A stretch of DNA of 64,000 bases from Dudresnaya verticillata (taxonomy: Eukaryota). A model generated the notes under the pieces. It saw only the letters and a list, made by a program, of their open reading frames with translations, searched no databases and was not told the DNA's origin. A program made the position numbers and the translations under genes. This document shows, in pieces, positions 12,666 through 23,884 of this stretch. Position 1 is the first letter of the stretch, and each line of letters begins with the position of its first letter. The stretch is taken from assembly GCA_977862235.1 (NCBI GenBank), contig OZ374559.1, positions 1,550,001 through 1,614,000 of the forward strand, given 5' to 3'.

Positions 12666-13209
12666 CGTCCTTTCCACTTTGTAGTGCTCGCATCGGACGC
12701 TCCCTAGGGATAATAGATAGGTGTGAGTGGGGCAGCGCCCGATCAGCTAGTGGGCCTTTCCGCGTTGTAACGCCTGAGTAAACTTTGCATTGACCGAGTA
12801 CCCTTCTCCTCCCGCGCGGCGGCATACCATCCTCGCTCTGACTTAGCGTAGAGACCATCGCGTGTCCTTGACTGGGGGAATTTTTCCCATAAATTAGAGT
12901 ACAGTGCATACTGTAGAGTGCACAAAATTAATGTTAAGCGGCGCTCCGCGATGTCATTGGTGCGGGGCTTCGCGGCGTGTGTTTCGTGGCGGCACCGGAA
13001 ATGTAAACGACCATGGCTGTGTCTTTTGGCATAAGCGCCACCAGGAGGCGCTCGCCGTGAACCAGAGCTGGGGAAGCGTCGCAGCCACTACTGACTGAGC
13101 AACAGCGTGGGCTTCCGGCTCTTGAGTAAGTTAGTCGCTGTACAGCGTAGGTCCGTCTGTACACGTATGTAAAGTGTGCTGGTGTCAATCGGCACCACTC
13201 CTATTCATT

Positions 13210-13370
13210 TCAGCTCCGCAGAGCGCAACTATCCAGGCTTCTGCCAGCTTCCATCTATCCACATCCGCTTGTCCAGCATCTATCCGATTTTAGCTCCGCA
13301 GAGCGCATCTATCCAGGCTTCTGCCAGTATTCATCTATCCACATCAGCTCGTCGGAGCGCATCTCAAGGC
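13210..13370. repeat. ~81-bp tandem repeat (2 copies plus a partial) between pol and the antisense ORF
   Basis: AGCTCCGCAGAGCGCA(A/T)CTATCCAGGCTTCTGCCAG...CATCTATCCACATC occurs twice. Confidence 0.85.
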
Positions 13371-13448
13371 GTCGTGCCTTGTTTTCCTTAGCTTGGCTCG
13401 CTAGCCCGCACATCAGTACGGCAGCAGCCCTAGGGGTAGTAACCCACC

Positions 13449-16400
13449 CTATGATTCGTAGGGTATTCCTTTGGCGCGGTGGTAGCGCGCTACGAGATTA
13501 TGGGGGAGGTTTCCCCTTGGCTCCCACATGTCCTTGGTGGCAGGGGCCTGATACCAACGTATCCGATATAGCTGTTCCAGCGGGGCGTAATCAACGATGC
13601 GATCATATACGTGCTCTCGAGCCGGGGTTTTGCGTAAACGGGAGAAAGAGCGCGGAGGCTCGATTGGAGGGAGAGTAGGCTCGACGCCACGACTGGCCAA
13701 GGTAGACCCAGGCGCAGGCGGCGCGACTATTGCCGGGTTCTCCCCTTGGGCGTCCAACGACTCGTGCGGCGTGGGCGCTAGCGTTACGCGATCTAACGAG
13801 ATTGTCTCGCGTTCACCCTTCACGTCTATCACGACCACATGAGTGCTTCGCTCGACGACCTTATATGGGCCCAATGCCTTTGGCAGCAGTTTGCCTTCTT
13901 GTGCCACGCCGTCAGCGTTTTTGAGCTTTGTCTCTCGCTGTACAAACACCCACTGTCCGGGTCGTATCTTCTCATTAGCGGGACGCATCCTATTATTGAA
14001 GTTGACTTCATAGCGCTTCTGAGCCAGGCGTAGGCGAGGGAGTGCCGTCTCTACTAGCTTTTCAAGCCGGCGAGTTAGACGCTTCTTGACATTGGTAGCC
14101 GGCACGTTTGCCACATCGACCGTCTCGGCGCGCTCCATTAGGAGGGAGGTAGGAGGGCTCGACAGAACGAGATCTCCAGGGGCGAACCCAGTTGCCTTGT
14201 GGACAGTCGTGTTATAGGCGTATGTCAACGCGGGGGTGAACTCATCCCAATCAGTCTGATCCTCAGCGATGAAGTGACGTAATCCAGCCAGAAGAGTGCG
14301 GTTAAAGCGTTCCGTTTGCCCGTTCGACTGGGGGTGGTAAGTTGACGTAAATAGATTGCGGATCCGCAGAATGCTATACACTTCCATAAAGAACTTCGAT
14401 GCAAATTGGGACCCGTTGTCCGAGAGTAGATATCGTGGCGGTCCATACACGTAGACCCAATGGTCACAAAAGGCTTTCGCCACTGTATAGGCCGTGATGG
14501 TCTTCAACGGGACCGCCCTGGTAAGCTTGGAGAAGCGATCCGTAATAACGAGTAGGTACTCATTACCTTTGCCTGAACGGGGAAGCGGGCCCAATATGTC
14601 GATGCCAACGAATTTGAGAGGCATGGTTGCCGGGAATAACTTCATAAACGAAGTGTGCTTCCGCAGTTGTACTTTCTCCCTGGAACAGGCCACGCAGTTG
14701 CGTACAGTTGCATAAACCCTTAATGCCATGTCGGGCCAATATACTTGACGTCGCAGATTTTGGTACATGCGCGTGCCGCCTGGATGTCCGGCCATTACGG
14801 GGTAATGAGCGAGATGCAATACTCGCTCTTGTAGCGTTTCGGGTATGAGCACCTGCCGTGCGCCATCAATAGGTGCTTTCCGGACAAGCAGTCCCAACTC
14901 GTCTTCGAGGTAACAACCGGGTCGGCCACCCTCGATTCCAGCTCTAATCCGCAGGCAGAAGGGATCTGTTTTCTGGTCATGGAGGAACTCCTCGATAGTC
15001 AAGAGGGACAGTGATTTCTCCTCCACATCCTTCTCGGCGGTCGCCACTAACGATTCGTCTGCAGACGTAGGTTCGTCGAAGGGCTCGATCTCCCACGCTT
15101 CGACTGGACCATTAGCCCATAAGGGGGGAGTAGTTGTCCCAGAGGTGTCATCCTCTATGATATAGCAGGGGATTTCCAGATCTGGTTCACGGCTCGTATA
15201 GCCAAACGTAGGAAGGCGTGAGACAGCGTCTGCTATTTGGTTCTTCTTACCCTTCTTGTATTGGACTGTAAAGTCGTACTCGAGTAAGCGTAAGCGCCAT
15301 CTCGCTAGGCGTCCCGACGCGTCGGTCATACTCATAATCCACTTCAGTGCTTGATGATCTGTGTACAAATCGAAATGCGTTCGCTCCAAGTATGGACGTA
15401 ATATCTGCACGGCCCATACGACGGCGAGGCATTCTTTCTCTCCGACGGAGTAGTTCTTCTCAGCGGGCGTCAGCCGTCGACTCCAGAAACCAATGGGATG
15501 TCTTTCCCCCTTATCGTTCATCTGCATGAGTGCACAACCTACTTGATATTCGCAAGCGTCGGTGTCGACGGAGAGATTACTCCCCAGCTTTGGCAGTTGT
15601 AGGATAGGTGGGGCGATCAGCGCGCGTTTCAACAGCTCGAAAGCTTCCGTTTCCTTTTTGCCGAAGGGCGGTAGATCAAACTCGACTTCTTTATGTAGGA
15701 TTGCATTGAGAGGTGCGGCGACTCGCGCGAAATTCGGGACGAACCGTCGGTACACATTACATAATCCGAGGAAGGGTCTCAGTTGTGTCTGCGTTCGCGG
15801 CTCTGTAAAGCCCTCTATTGCTTGAGTATTCTTGGTTGCCACCTCTAAGAGGCCGGGACGAATCACATGTCCGAGATAGTCGACACTCTTAGTAAAGAAG
15901 TTACACTTCCGCAGTTTCAGCGAGACGCCAGCATCCTTCAGGATAGTGAGTATCTCCCTTACGTGGGTAAGGTGTTCGTCGACGTTCTTCGAGAAGATAA
16001 TTATATCGTCTAGGTAGACCAAACAGGTTTCCACCTGAAGCCTGAGAGTAGGATATCGACTGTACGCTGAAACGTCGCGGGGGCGTTACACAGCCCGAAT
16101 GGCATTCGCTTGAACTGGAAGCATCCGGCATGAAATGTGAACGCAGTCTTGTGTTGGTCCTGTAGACATACTGGGATTTGCCAATATCCTGAATTACAAT
16201 CCAGAGTCGTAAACAGCTGGGCGTCGCCCAAGGAATCGAGGTATTCGTCCATTCGTGGAAGGGGATATGAATCCTTAATAGTAATGGAGTTCAGCCTACG
16301 GTAGTCCACGCAGAAGCGCAACGAGCCATCGGGCTTTTTGACTAAGACCATGGGGCTTGAATACTCCGAACGGGCGGGCTCTATAACGCCTTCACGGAGC

Positions 16401-17718
16401 ATCTTCTCCACTTCCTCTTGTTCCGCCTGTCTGGCCTTTGGACCAGCCCGGTACGGTTGGGTAAACACGGGTGTCGACCCTTCCTTGCGTTCTATACGGT
16501 GTTCCGTTACCTTAATCGTTCCGAGTTGACCACTCCACATAGGGGCGAATGGCTTAAGCATCTTGCGAACGCGCTTTTGATCCTCGACCTGTAGGTGTGT
16601 TAAGTCCAAATCGTCGATTGTTATCGCTTTCACCGCTTCCGTCACGCCGGGCGTCGCTGACGACTGTTGTATTGCAGCAGCAAGCCCTGCCCCCCCCCCA
16701 CATTGGAGAAAGACTCGGAATGCGAGGCCGTGTCGGGAGCAAGAGACGGGGCGTTCCCAAAGGACAAAGCGTACACCGGCGTGCTAGAAGGCGCGGGTAT
16801 CGCGCGGCCAAGTCGTTGGCGCTTCGTGAGCTGTTGGGGCTTCCGCGAAAAATTCGCTACCTTGACATGGAACAGGCGGTTCGGTGCGATGTCGGCGATG
16901 CCGTTGGACAGGAAGATTCCTTGTGTCTTGTATAAAGGTTGGAATGCATCCATGAAGTGTGTACCCTGGGCTGGGCATGTAACCGCAACCCAGGTTTCCG
17001 ATTCCGGAGGTAGTAGGATAGCGTGAGCGACGCGGATGTGCCGCTGCACGGGGCGAGGAGGTATCTCCGTAGTTTCGGTTGGTCTGTCGGGACGGAGTGG
17101 ACCACATTGGCGTCTTAGAATGGGGTGTTCAGACCGGTCACGGAGTATCACCGTTTGGTTGCGCACGCGCAGCGGGTCGACGTGATTATCGATAAAGGTA
17201 CATCCGAGAATCATGTCGACCGCTAGCGCGTGTGCAACAACAAATGGTTGACGTACCGTGTAATTCCCAATCCGGACCAGGAGAGAGATACTTCCAAGGG
17301 TAGTTAGTTTGTGCCGGCTGGCCGACACTAAATTACAGATTGCTCGTGAAGTCGACACCTTCTTCAATTCTTCCTTCTACAGGACATCAGCTCTGATGAG
17401 GTTGGGACCTGCTCCAGAATCCAGTACGGATAATACGCGAGTGAGTTTTTCAGTGGAAGTCCCGACGCCCGCAGCCACTTTATAATTGTAGCGTGACAGC
17501 GCGCATACGGGATTCCTACAATACTCTTCGAACGTACGCCCTGGGGGGAGGCCAATCGGGCGAGCTAGTACCGGCTTGGGTAGAGCGAGAGGTGTCTCGA
17601 CATCCGACCGTTCCGATGAACCGGGAGCTGGCAAAGCGCCAAGCGGGTTGCTACCCTCAGTTTTCGGATGATCGGGGGGCTCCGGGGTGGAACCCCAGTC
17701 CCCCCTGGCTAGTTTTTC
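13449..17718 (-). pseudogene. pol of element B (protease-RT-RNase H-integrase-chromodomain); one in-frame stop and two frameshifts
   Basis: VLDSGAGPNLI, FCVDYRRLN, YLDD, TDACEYQVG, H..GH..C..C, SDNGSQF, GQTERFNR, GPYKV, and the C-terminal chromodomain YDRIVD..YRIRWY..DMWEP..L. Lesions at ~17377, ~16690 (homopolymer) and ~16030. Confidence 0.95.
17674..17718 (-). promoter_or_regulatory. Putative -1 programmed ribosomal frameshift signal at the gag/pol junction
   Basis: G-AAA-AAC directly before the gag TAG, then a 6-nt spacer, then the hairpin GGGGGG-A-CTGGGG-TTCCA-CCCCGG-AG-CCCCCC. The -1 frame is open into the protease. Confidence 0.75.
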
Positions 17719-20507
17719 GGCTGTGAGCCGGGCTTGCTAGCCGGGGAATGTGGTAAAGGGGGTGGTGGAGGAAAAGGGCGTCCGCCCATGCGAGGTGATC
17801 TGGGAGAGTGAGGCCGCGGCCTGTCGATCGGGTGGTTCAATCCCGCCTTGAAATTCACTTGGCGATTTTGATGGAACTGATTTCCCGGCCTTCCGGCGTT
17901 GTCTGGCCCTGTCAAGGTTGGCGGAGGAGACTCCTTGGCGAAATTCGGGAGACGGCCTACGACGGCGAGCCAGTCCTTTTGTTGCCGCGACAGCGCATAG
18001 AAATTCTGGCGCATCAGCGTGGCAAATTCCAAATCGTCCGTACGACCTAAATGAGGGCAGTTGGGCTTCTTGTGGCCCACACCAAAGCACTCAAAGCAAA
18101 TATAGTTCGGGAGATCATCGACTGTTACCCATCCGGGGCGCTGTACCTTGGAGGGTTGCGCCCATGCGGGGAGCCTCGGATTTTGGTTAGACAGAACCGC
18201 TTGAACTGCTTCATAACGGCTTCTGCCCTCACTAGGCTCTCTGGACCATGTATCTGTCGGCGACATCGAGGACGGCCCGGCGTCGCGTTCGAATGCGGCA
18301 ACTGCCTGCCCGTTAGCATCTGAGTCACTACTCGAAGAGTCATTATCCGAATAGGAGTGGGATGTTACCCGAGCGACCGGTTGCCCTTGTCGAACCAGCA
18401 GAGTTCTGCTCGACTTGCCAGGGACGGCGCGTGTCGTCAACTTCTTACGGGGCAGCAGCCCGGAGGACTTCTCCTTCCTTCGACTGGCTCCGAGGAGCGC
18501 GCGGTGGGAATCACCTTGGGCGGTGGCTAGCTCCACGTAATCCGCGAGTCGGGCCGTTGCCGGGTCCAGTGAGGTGGTACTCAGCAATGGCTTGACAGCG
18601 GGTAGCAACCCTCGGATGAACCGTGTGATGAGGTCCTGCTCTGAGTATACTCCGGCGACTCTTCGTGCGTTATTCTGGAGCCTCCTTGAGAATGATACCT
18701 CATCCTCGTCGGGCTCCTGGGACATGCGGTCCATCTCGGCAGCTATGCGCTCGATGTACACGTCATTTGCGAAGCTTCGCAGTAAGTAGTTCATTGCCTC
18801 CGGCCATTCGGCGAATCCCCCATTATCGTCGCCCGCGACGTCGAAGTTCGCCTCGAAGAGATATTTGGCGTCCTTCTCGAGAAACGCCGGTATCACTAGG
18901 ATCGCGGCTCCCTCACTGACATGCGCTTGGTCTAATTGACGCTTCAGCGTGGCTAGGAAGCCGATTATTGATACCGGGTCACTACCATCGAAGCGTCGAC
19001 TGCGCATCACGGACTTGATCCGCTTAATCTTTCGGGACGTCGATTCCGTTACCTCGGGTCCCCGGTAAGGGTCAAGGTTTAACAACCGGTATCGTCGATA
19101 CGAAAGAACGTTAGCGAACGCTGGGTTCCGTGGTACCAACTCCTTTAGGCCTGACCGGCGGGGTCCTATCCAAGAGGACCTGGGATGGCTTCGGGAGTCC
19201 GCTCCGTATGCACCCTCCGGCTCGGCGTCACGATGCGAGGACTGCCGTTGCTGGCTGTCCACTTGTCGGCCATGCCGCGTTACGGGTCGCGACCGATAAT
19301 CTCGTGACGGGGAGCCGTCCCGGTATCCACTTCGACTTCGTCCCATACATGGGTTATCGCCATGTCTGGTACTGCAGAGGCACTGACTGTGCGTGTCCGG
19401 CTGTCTAGGAGGATACCTCTCCTCGCAATGGTACGGGTCGTCACCCCTTCTTCCATCCCGATGCGGCGAAAGTCGGCGTCGGTCGCGTGTCCCTCGCGGA
19501 ACAGGAGACCGACGTCTCTGGATTTCAGGGGATTCATCCCGTTCACGCATCAGTCGCCTGACGCGAGCATCCAAAGTCGCGACTCTTCGCCTTTCTTCAT
19601 CGAGTTCCTTACGGAGGAGCTCGATGGCTTCATTCTGTTCGGCGCACCGCGCGCCGTCTGCGTTATGATCAACGCCTCTAAATGCCTCAAGGGCGTCGTT
19701 CCTCGACTGGTCAACTTCTCGGGAAAGCGTTCCCACAGTGTCGTGGACTTCCTCGACACGCTCGACCAGCGAATTAACTCGAACGCGAAGCGTCGCGAGT
19801 CCTTCCTCTTGCGGGATTTCGGCGTTTCCAAGACGAATTCGGGACGTTATCTCCTCTTGACATCTGGTCAGCACTTCTTCATTCTGGCGAACGGCCGACT
19901 CATCGATATATCGTTTGATTCTCGAGAGTGACTCGTCCACCTGGACTTCTAAAGCTGCTGCCAGCTCGGGACCGACTGTCCGTTCTATTCCATCTTGGAT
20001 CATCCTTCCGATTTCTCGTTCAGTGAAGCACCGTTCGGCGGAAGAATTGGCCTTCGCCCGGATAGGCATCCCAATGTCCAGGGGAAGGCTTGACTCGGTC
20101 GGAGTGAACCCACGGGCGTTTACCGATGGTGGCAACATGCCCGTAGACTCACGCGTTCTGGGATTGCGATCCATACTTTCACTCGAGACTTTCGTACTCG
20201 CTCCTACTCGAGGTGTAAGGGTTGCAACCCGTTCTTCTTCGTTCAAGGCCCGGTCTCCGCCGGACCCGGGCAATTCTTCTTGAGCTATCCGAGCCGATAA
20301 CTCCATTTCTTCAGGGACGCTTCCCGCTTGGTCACGGGGAGGATGTCCCAGGGTACCCGCTGAGGGGCTGCGAACTAAAGCGGTTGCTACCGTAGTTGCA
20401 CGGGTGGTCTCCCCGGTCAGCCGGACGGAAGATAAGCTCGCCGTTCGGCTGTTGGTGCGACGGCCGGTGAGGCCAGGTCGCGTGGTTTCGCCATTTGATG
20501 TAGGCAT
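17709..20507 (-). CDS. gag of element B (intact, ~930 aa)
   Basis: Long ORF with a coiled coil, an R/S-rich linker, a capsid-like region (FDGSDPV..FIRGLLP) and the knuckle CFECFGVGHKKPNC. First ATG at 20507. Confidence 0.9.
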   Translation of the reverse strand: MPTSNGETTRPGLTGRRTNSRTASLSSVRLTGETTRATTVATALVRSPSAGTLGHPPRDQAGSVPEEMELSARIAQEELPGSGGDRALNEEERVATLTPRVGASTKVSSESMDRNPRTRESTGMLPPSVNARGFTPTESSLPLDIGMPIRAKANSSAERCFTEREIGRMIQDGIERTVGPELAAALEVQVDESLSRIKRYIDESAVRQNEEVLTRCQEEITSRIRLGNAEIPQEEGLATLRVRVNSLVERVEEVHDTVGTLSREVDQSRNDALEAFRGVDHNADGARCAEQNEAIELLRKELDEERRRVATLDARVRRLMRERDESPEIQRRRSPVPRGTRDRRRLSPHRDGRRGDDPYHCEERYPPRQPDTHSQCLCSTRHGDNPCMGRSRSGYRDGSPSRDYRSRPVTRHGRQVDSQQRQSSHRDAEPEGAYGADSRSHPRSSWIGPRRSGLKELVPRNPAFANVLSYRRYRLLNLDPYRGPEVTESTSRKIKRIKSVMRSRRFDGSDPVSIIGFLATLKRQLDQAHVSEGAAILVIPAFLEKDAKYLFEANFDVAGDDNGGFAEWPEAMNYLLRSFANDVYIERIAAEMDRMSQEPDEDEVSFSRRLQNNARRVAGVYSEQDLITRFIRGLLPAVKPLLSTTSLDPATARLADYVELATAQGDSHRALLGASRRKEKSSGLLPRKKLTTRAVPGKSSRTLLVRQGQPVARVTSHSYSDNDSSSSDSDANGQAVAAFERDAGPSSMSPTDTWSREPSEGRSRYEAVQAVLSNQNPRLPAWAQPSKVQRPGWVTVDDLPNYICFECFGVGHKKPNCPHLGRTDDLEFATLMRQNFYALSRQQKDWLAVVGRLPNFAKESPPPTLTGPDNAGRPGNQFHQNRQVNFKAGLNHPIDRPRPHSPRSPRMGGRPFPPPPPLPHSPASKPGSQPKN

Positions 20508-20785
20508 GGCGCCTGAGTACACTTACTCGCCCGTTATCGGCTTGATAGCTGCCCGTGGGAGTATACCGTTCCGGACGGACAGCTGAACGAGCTGTAGCTT
20601 TCGGAAGTGCCGATGAGGGCGGGGGACAGTTTTCCCCAGGCTTTCACCGGACAATCCGTACTTCTCTTGTTTTTCCGTCTTGAACTTGACGCTTCTTGGG
20701 GAATCGTCCCGTGGTTGAAGTGGTTGAAACCAGAAAATTCGAAAAGATTGTAGCAGCAATGGAAGGGAACCGACCTAGGAAACGA

Positions 20786-20803
20786 TTCTAGGTCGGGAGA
20801 CCA
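20786..20803 (-). promoter_or_regulatory. Primer-binding site of element B (probably tRNA-Tyr)
   Basis: Minus strand TGGTCTCCCGACCTAGAA, 17/18 identical to the element A PBS. Confidence 0.8.
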
Positions 20804-20804
20804 C

Positions 20805-21616
20805 TGTAGCAGTATGGCACCGGCCAGAAACAGCAAAGAACAAGAAAAGACAGCTGTCCGATATCACACGCTAATTGGTGGTAGCTCGAAGGAGGTTTGG
20901 TAGAGGCTTGGAAAGAGGCGGGCCCTGATGACCCGAAAGGGGGGGTGCGGAAGCACGGTAAAGACTCGGCGCGACCGACTGAAGGAAGATATAGAGGTTG
21001 CGACCCGGTATTTCGTAGAGTACTTGTCGTACGATGTCCGGGCCTGTACTGGGCGACTCCTGCAGGCGCGGAGCGTCCGAGCGACCAAAAGGTGGAAACT
21101 TCCCGAACAACTCCGCTGAGTGTTTTTTTCTGAGGGCGCCGGCTATTCCGGCGCCCATAAGTAGGGCTTGACAGCCGAAAAGTCTATCAGCCCGAAAGGG
21201 GGTCTAAGTTAGTCTATGATTATAGATACAAGGTTAGTACAGTCAGTACAAATCAAAAGTGGGAATGCATTCCAGTTAGGGGACTTGGTGGCGGATACGC
21301 CGGTGCGCAAGCCGAGGTCCCGGCTGCACTGTCGATACCCTGAGCGCAGAGGTGCTCCTCGTCCGTGAGTAGGAGCGCAGAGGCGCGTCATAAATCAACC
21401 AATACGAGGCGTCCAACTGGCGTCGTTACAATGCCACGCGTATGTCACGTGTACAGCTGTAAGTCCACGTGTACACACGTGTACACACGTATATTCCACG
21501 TGTCATCCACGTGTACAGCGGTGAAAGGACAGCTGTCCTGATTAAGGGACAGTCTGTTCCGCCAAAAGGAAGGCACTCCTGTAAGCCCTCCTTCTGACAG
21601 CGTCCGTAGTACCACA
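20805..21616 (-). repeat. 5' LTR of element B
   Basis: Matches 8765-9575 and is followed by the TSD ATTGC. Confidence 0.95.
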
Positions 21617-21949
21617 ATTGCGCGCGCCATGATGGCATTCGCATTACAGTGCGCGCCCGATACGAAATCGCTGACACCTTCGTGATCTTCCCGTTGTTTC
21701 CTGCGCGTAATGGCGCCGAGGCCCACAATGCGCGTGCACCTCCGTATGTATCGCTCGCGCACTTCGTAACCGCTACCATACGTGAGACGACCGTTCGTTG
21801 GCACCGAGGCCGTTACCAATCATTCGACTACGAACCGTCTCCCGCATTGACATGTATTCTTGCTCACATAATATTACTTAGCCAGGCGTCTGGCACAACC
21901 TCCGAGGGTTTCCAGTAAGCGACTAGCGCCCGGACCTCGGAGTCTTCGG

Positions 21950-23050
21950 TAAACGCCTGTTTATTCGAGTTCGGTGTCGTCGTCTCCGGGACCGCGGATA
22001 CGGTCGAGCTTCGCTTTCGATAGCCTCTCGCACTCGGAGCCATCCCCGGTGATCGATCGCTCGAGTTCTGCCTTCCGCGCACGAATACGCTGACACCGTG
22101 GTGTGGTGCAAGGGGAGGCGAGCCCTTTTTCGCTGAAAGCGGTCGGACTAAATACGTCGACCGACGGAGAAACCGCCACCGGCGCTCACCACCGCCGTTG
22201 GCGCGCGAACACGTCATCGACGGCTTGCTGAGGCGCGCGCGCGCACTGCGCGCCGCGCGCCACGCGGGCACCGTACAGTGCTGGGCCGACGTGGCGCCCC
22301 GGGGCACTGTAGCGCGGATCCGGATGCGATCCGGATCCGGCATCCAGATTGGCTATCTGGATCGCCTAAGCTGTAAGGTATGCGCCTGTAAGGCTGCGGG
22401 TATCAGCATTGCTGGCCCGATCCGGATGGGATCAGGATCGGACAAGTACCAGATTAGATCTAAGGCACACGCTCTACAGTGCGCGCGCGCGCGCGGCTGT
22501 AATACACACGCGTCCACGTGTACGTGTAAGCACCCACGCAGGGGATTGTACGGCGATCTATCAGACGCGCGGCTGCATGCGACGCGTGATCTGTCAGACG
22601 CGCCTCAGGACGACACGTGTCCCGAGTTCCCGCGCTACACGCACGCCGCCGCGCCGCCGTACTATACTTAGGTAAGCCGTCCCAGACGTCACAGTAAACG
22701 CCCGGGAAAGCCGGCCTTGGTCCAGACTTCCCCGTTCCGCACGCGCGTACTCTACCGCTGCCTACGGCTAAGCGTCTACCTCCCGTGCTTCCACGTCTAC
22801 CACCGTCCTTGACGTGTTCCCTTTCCGTTCCCCTTTTCCTTCCTTCACACCTTCCGCCTCGGGCGTCTACAGTCCGCCCAAGGCGTGTTCCTTTGCTCTA
22901 CCACCAAGTCGCCCACGGCGGGCCTACCTACCGCCGAGGGCGCAGCTACCCACCGAGCCCCGAACTGCTCGGCGGTCCATCGTCTACAGACGCTTTGCAC
23001 CACACGTGGTCCTTCGTGATGGTCGCTCCGCTCTACCACGATACCACCCC
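21950..23050 (+). repeat. Old LTR-like repeat, copy 2; boundaries approximate
   Basis: Colinear diverged similarity to 7537-8460. Confidence 0.55.
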
Positions 23051-23063
23051 TGTTCCTTTCTTC

Positions 23064-23131
23064 GTTAGGCTATGAGGCCACATGTTAGGCTATGAGGCCA
23101 CACGTTAGGCCATGAGGCCACACGTTAGGCT
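23064..23131. repeat. 20-bp minisatellite, 3.4 copies
   Basis: GTTAGGC(T/C)ATGAGGCCACA(T/C) head to tail, no spacers. Confidence 0.9.
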
Positions 23132-23884
23132 CCTAGGCAATTCCTTACACTGAGAGACTCCCCGGCATCACGGTGGACTTCGTTATACCACACGCGGTGC
23201 GCGCGCATGCCAAGTGTCCAGCGCACAGCGACATACACGGCTTGCGCAGCTCCCGCAAGCTGACTTAGTATACGGGGTGAAAACCCCTGACAGTAGAGCG
23301 CCAAGCAGGCTTAGGAGCTTTAGGGTACCCCCGCTTTCGCACCCGGTGATACTACCGCTAGCGAACCGGGCTACGCAATCCGTTCGAGGGCCTGTTGTGG
23401 GCATGGTTCACCGGCGTCACCGTCTTCGCTGCCATTTGTGTCTGAGGCGCAGTACAACGCTGTTCAGGGTTTTATAGTCCACCCGGCCCCACATCGCGTC
23501 ACCGAGGCACACCTCGCTCTACCATACGTGCCCACGGCTTCACCGCTGCTTCCTGCTAACGCCCGCGGGGGACCGCTCCGAATGCCGGTCAAGGCAGCCC
23601 TTGTTTTTGGGGTTTTGCACTACAAAATCCACTTAGTCTTTTATGTCCTTTTGAGTTCTGGTCTAGGAGCCGCACTCGGTGGTGCGTGTCGAGATACTAC
23701 AGGATGAACGCTCCTGAAATCCGAAACCTTGCAAGGTAGAATGTATGGTGTCTAGGTCGACATTGTGAGTAGCCGAATGGACTCCTGCAAATTATAACTG
23801 AGACCTTCTAACGTTTCAGCGGCGGTTAATCACTGAGGGGGGTTCCTGTGAAGGCTGAACCAGAACCATACAAAGGGTTAGGAA

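Larger units (their letters stand above)
8765..21616 (-). mobile_element. Full-length chromodomain-bearing Ty3/gypsy LTR retrotransposon B (12.85 kb) with an antisense accessory ORF
   Basis: Paired ~811-bp LTRs (TG...CA), 5-bp TSD ATTGC at 8760-8764 and 21617-21621, PBS, PPT, and gag-pro-RT-RH-IN-chromodomain. Confidence 0.97.

Noticed and set aside
23064..23131. Short repeats as a CRISPR array (also 13210-13370 and 54045-54160)
   Set aside because: Head-to-tail repeats without unique spacers, no cas genes, eukaryotic context.
1..23500. Many overlapping Arg/Ala/Pro-rich ORFs on both strands of the gypsy region (e.g. 3..761 +, 6846..7403 +)
   Set aside because: Shadow frames of GC-rich retroelement sequence with no motifs.
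23833..23884. GAGGGGGG followed by TGTG as the PPT and start of a further plus-strand LTR
   Set aside because: Only ~40 bp precede the palindrome arm; no partner LTR or TSD to confirm.
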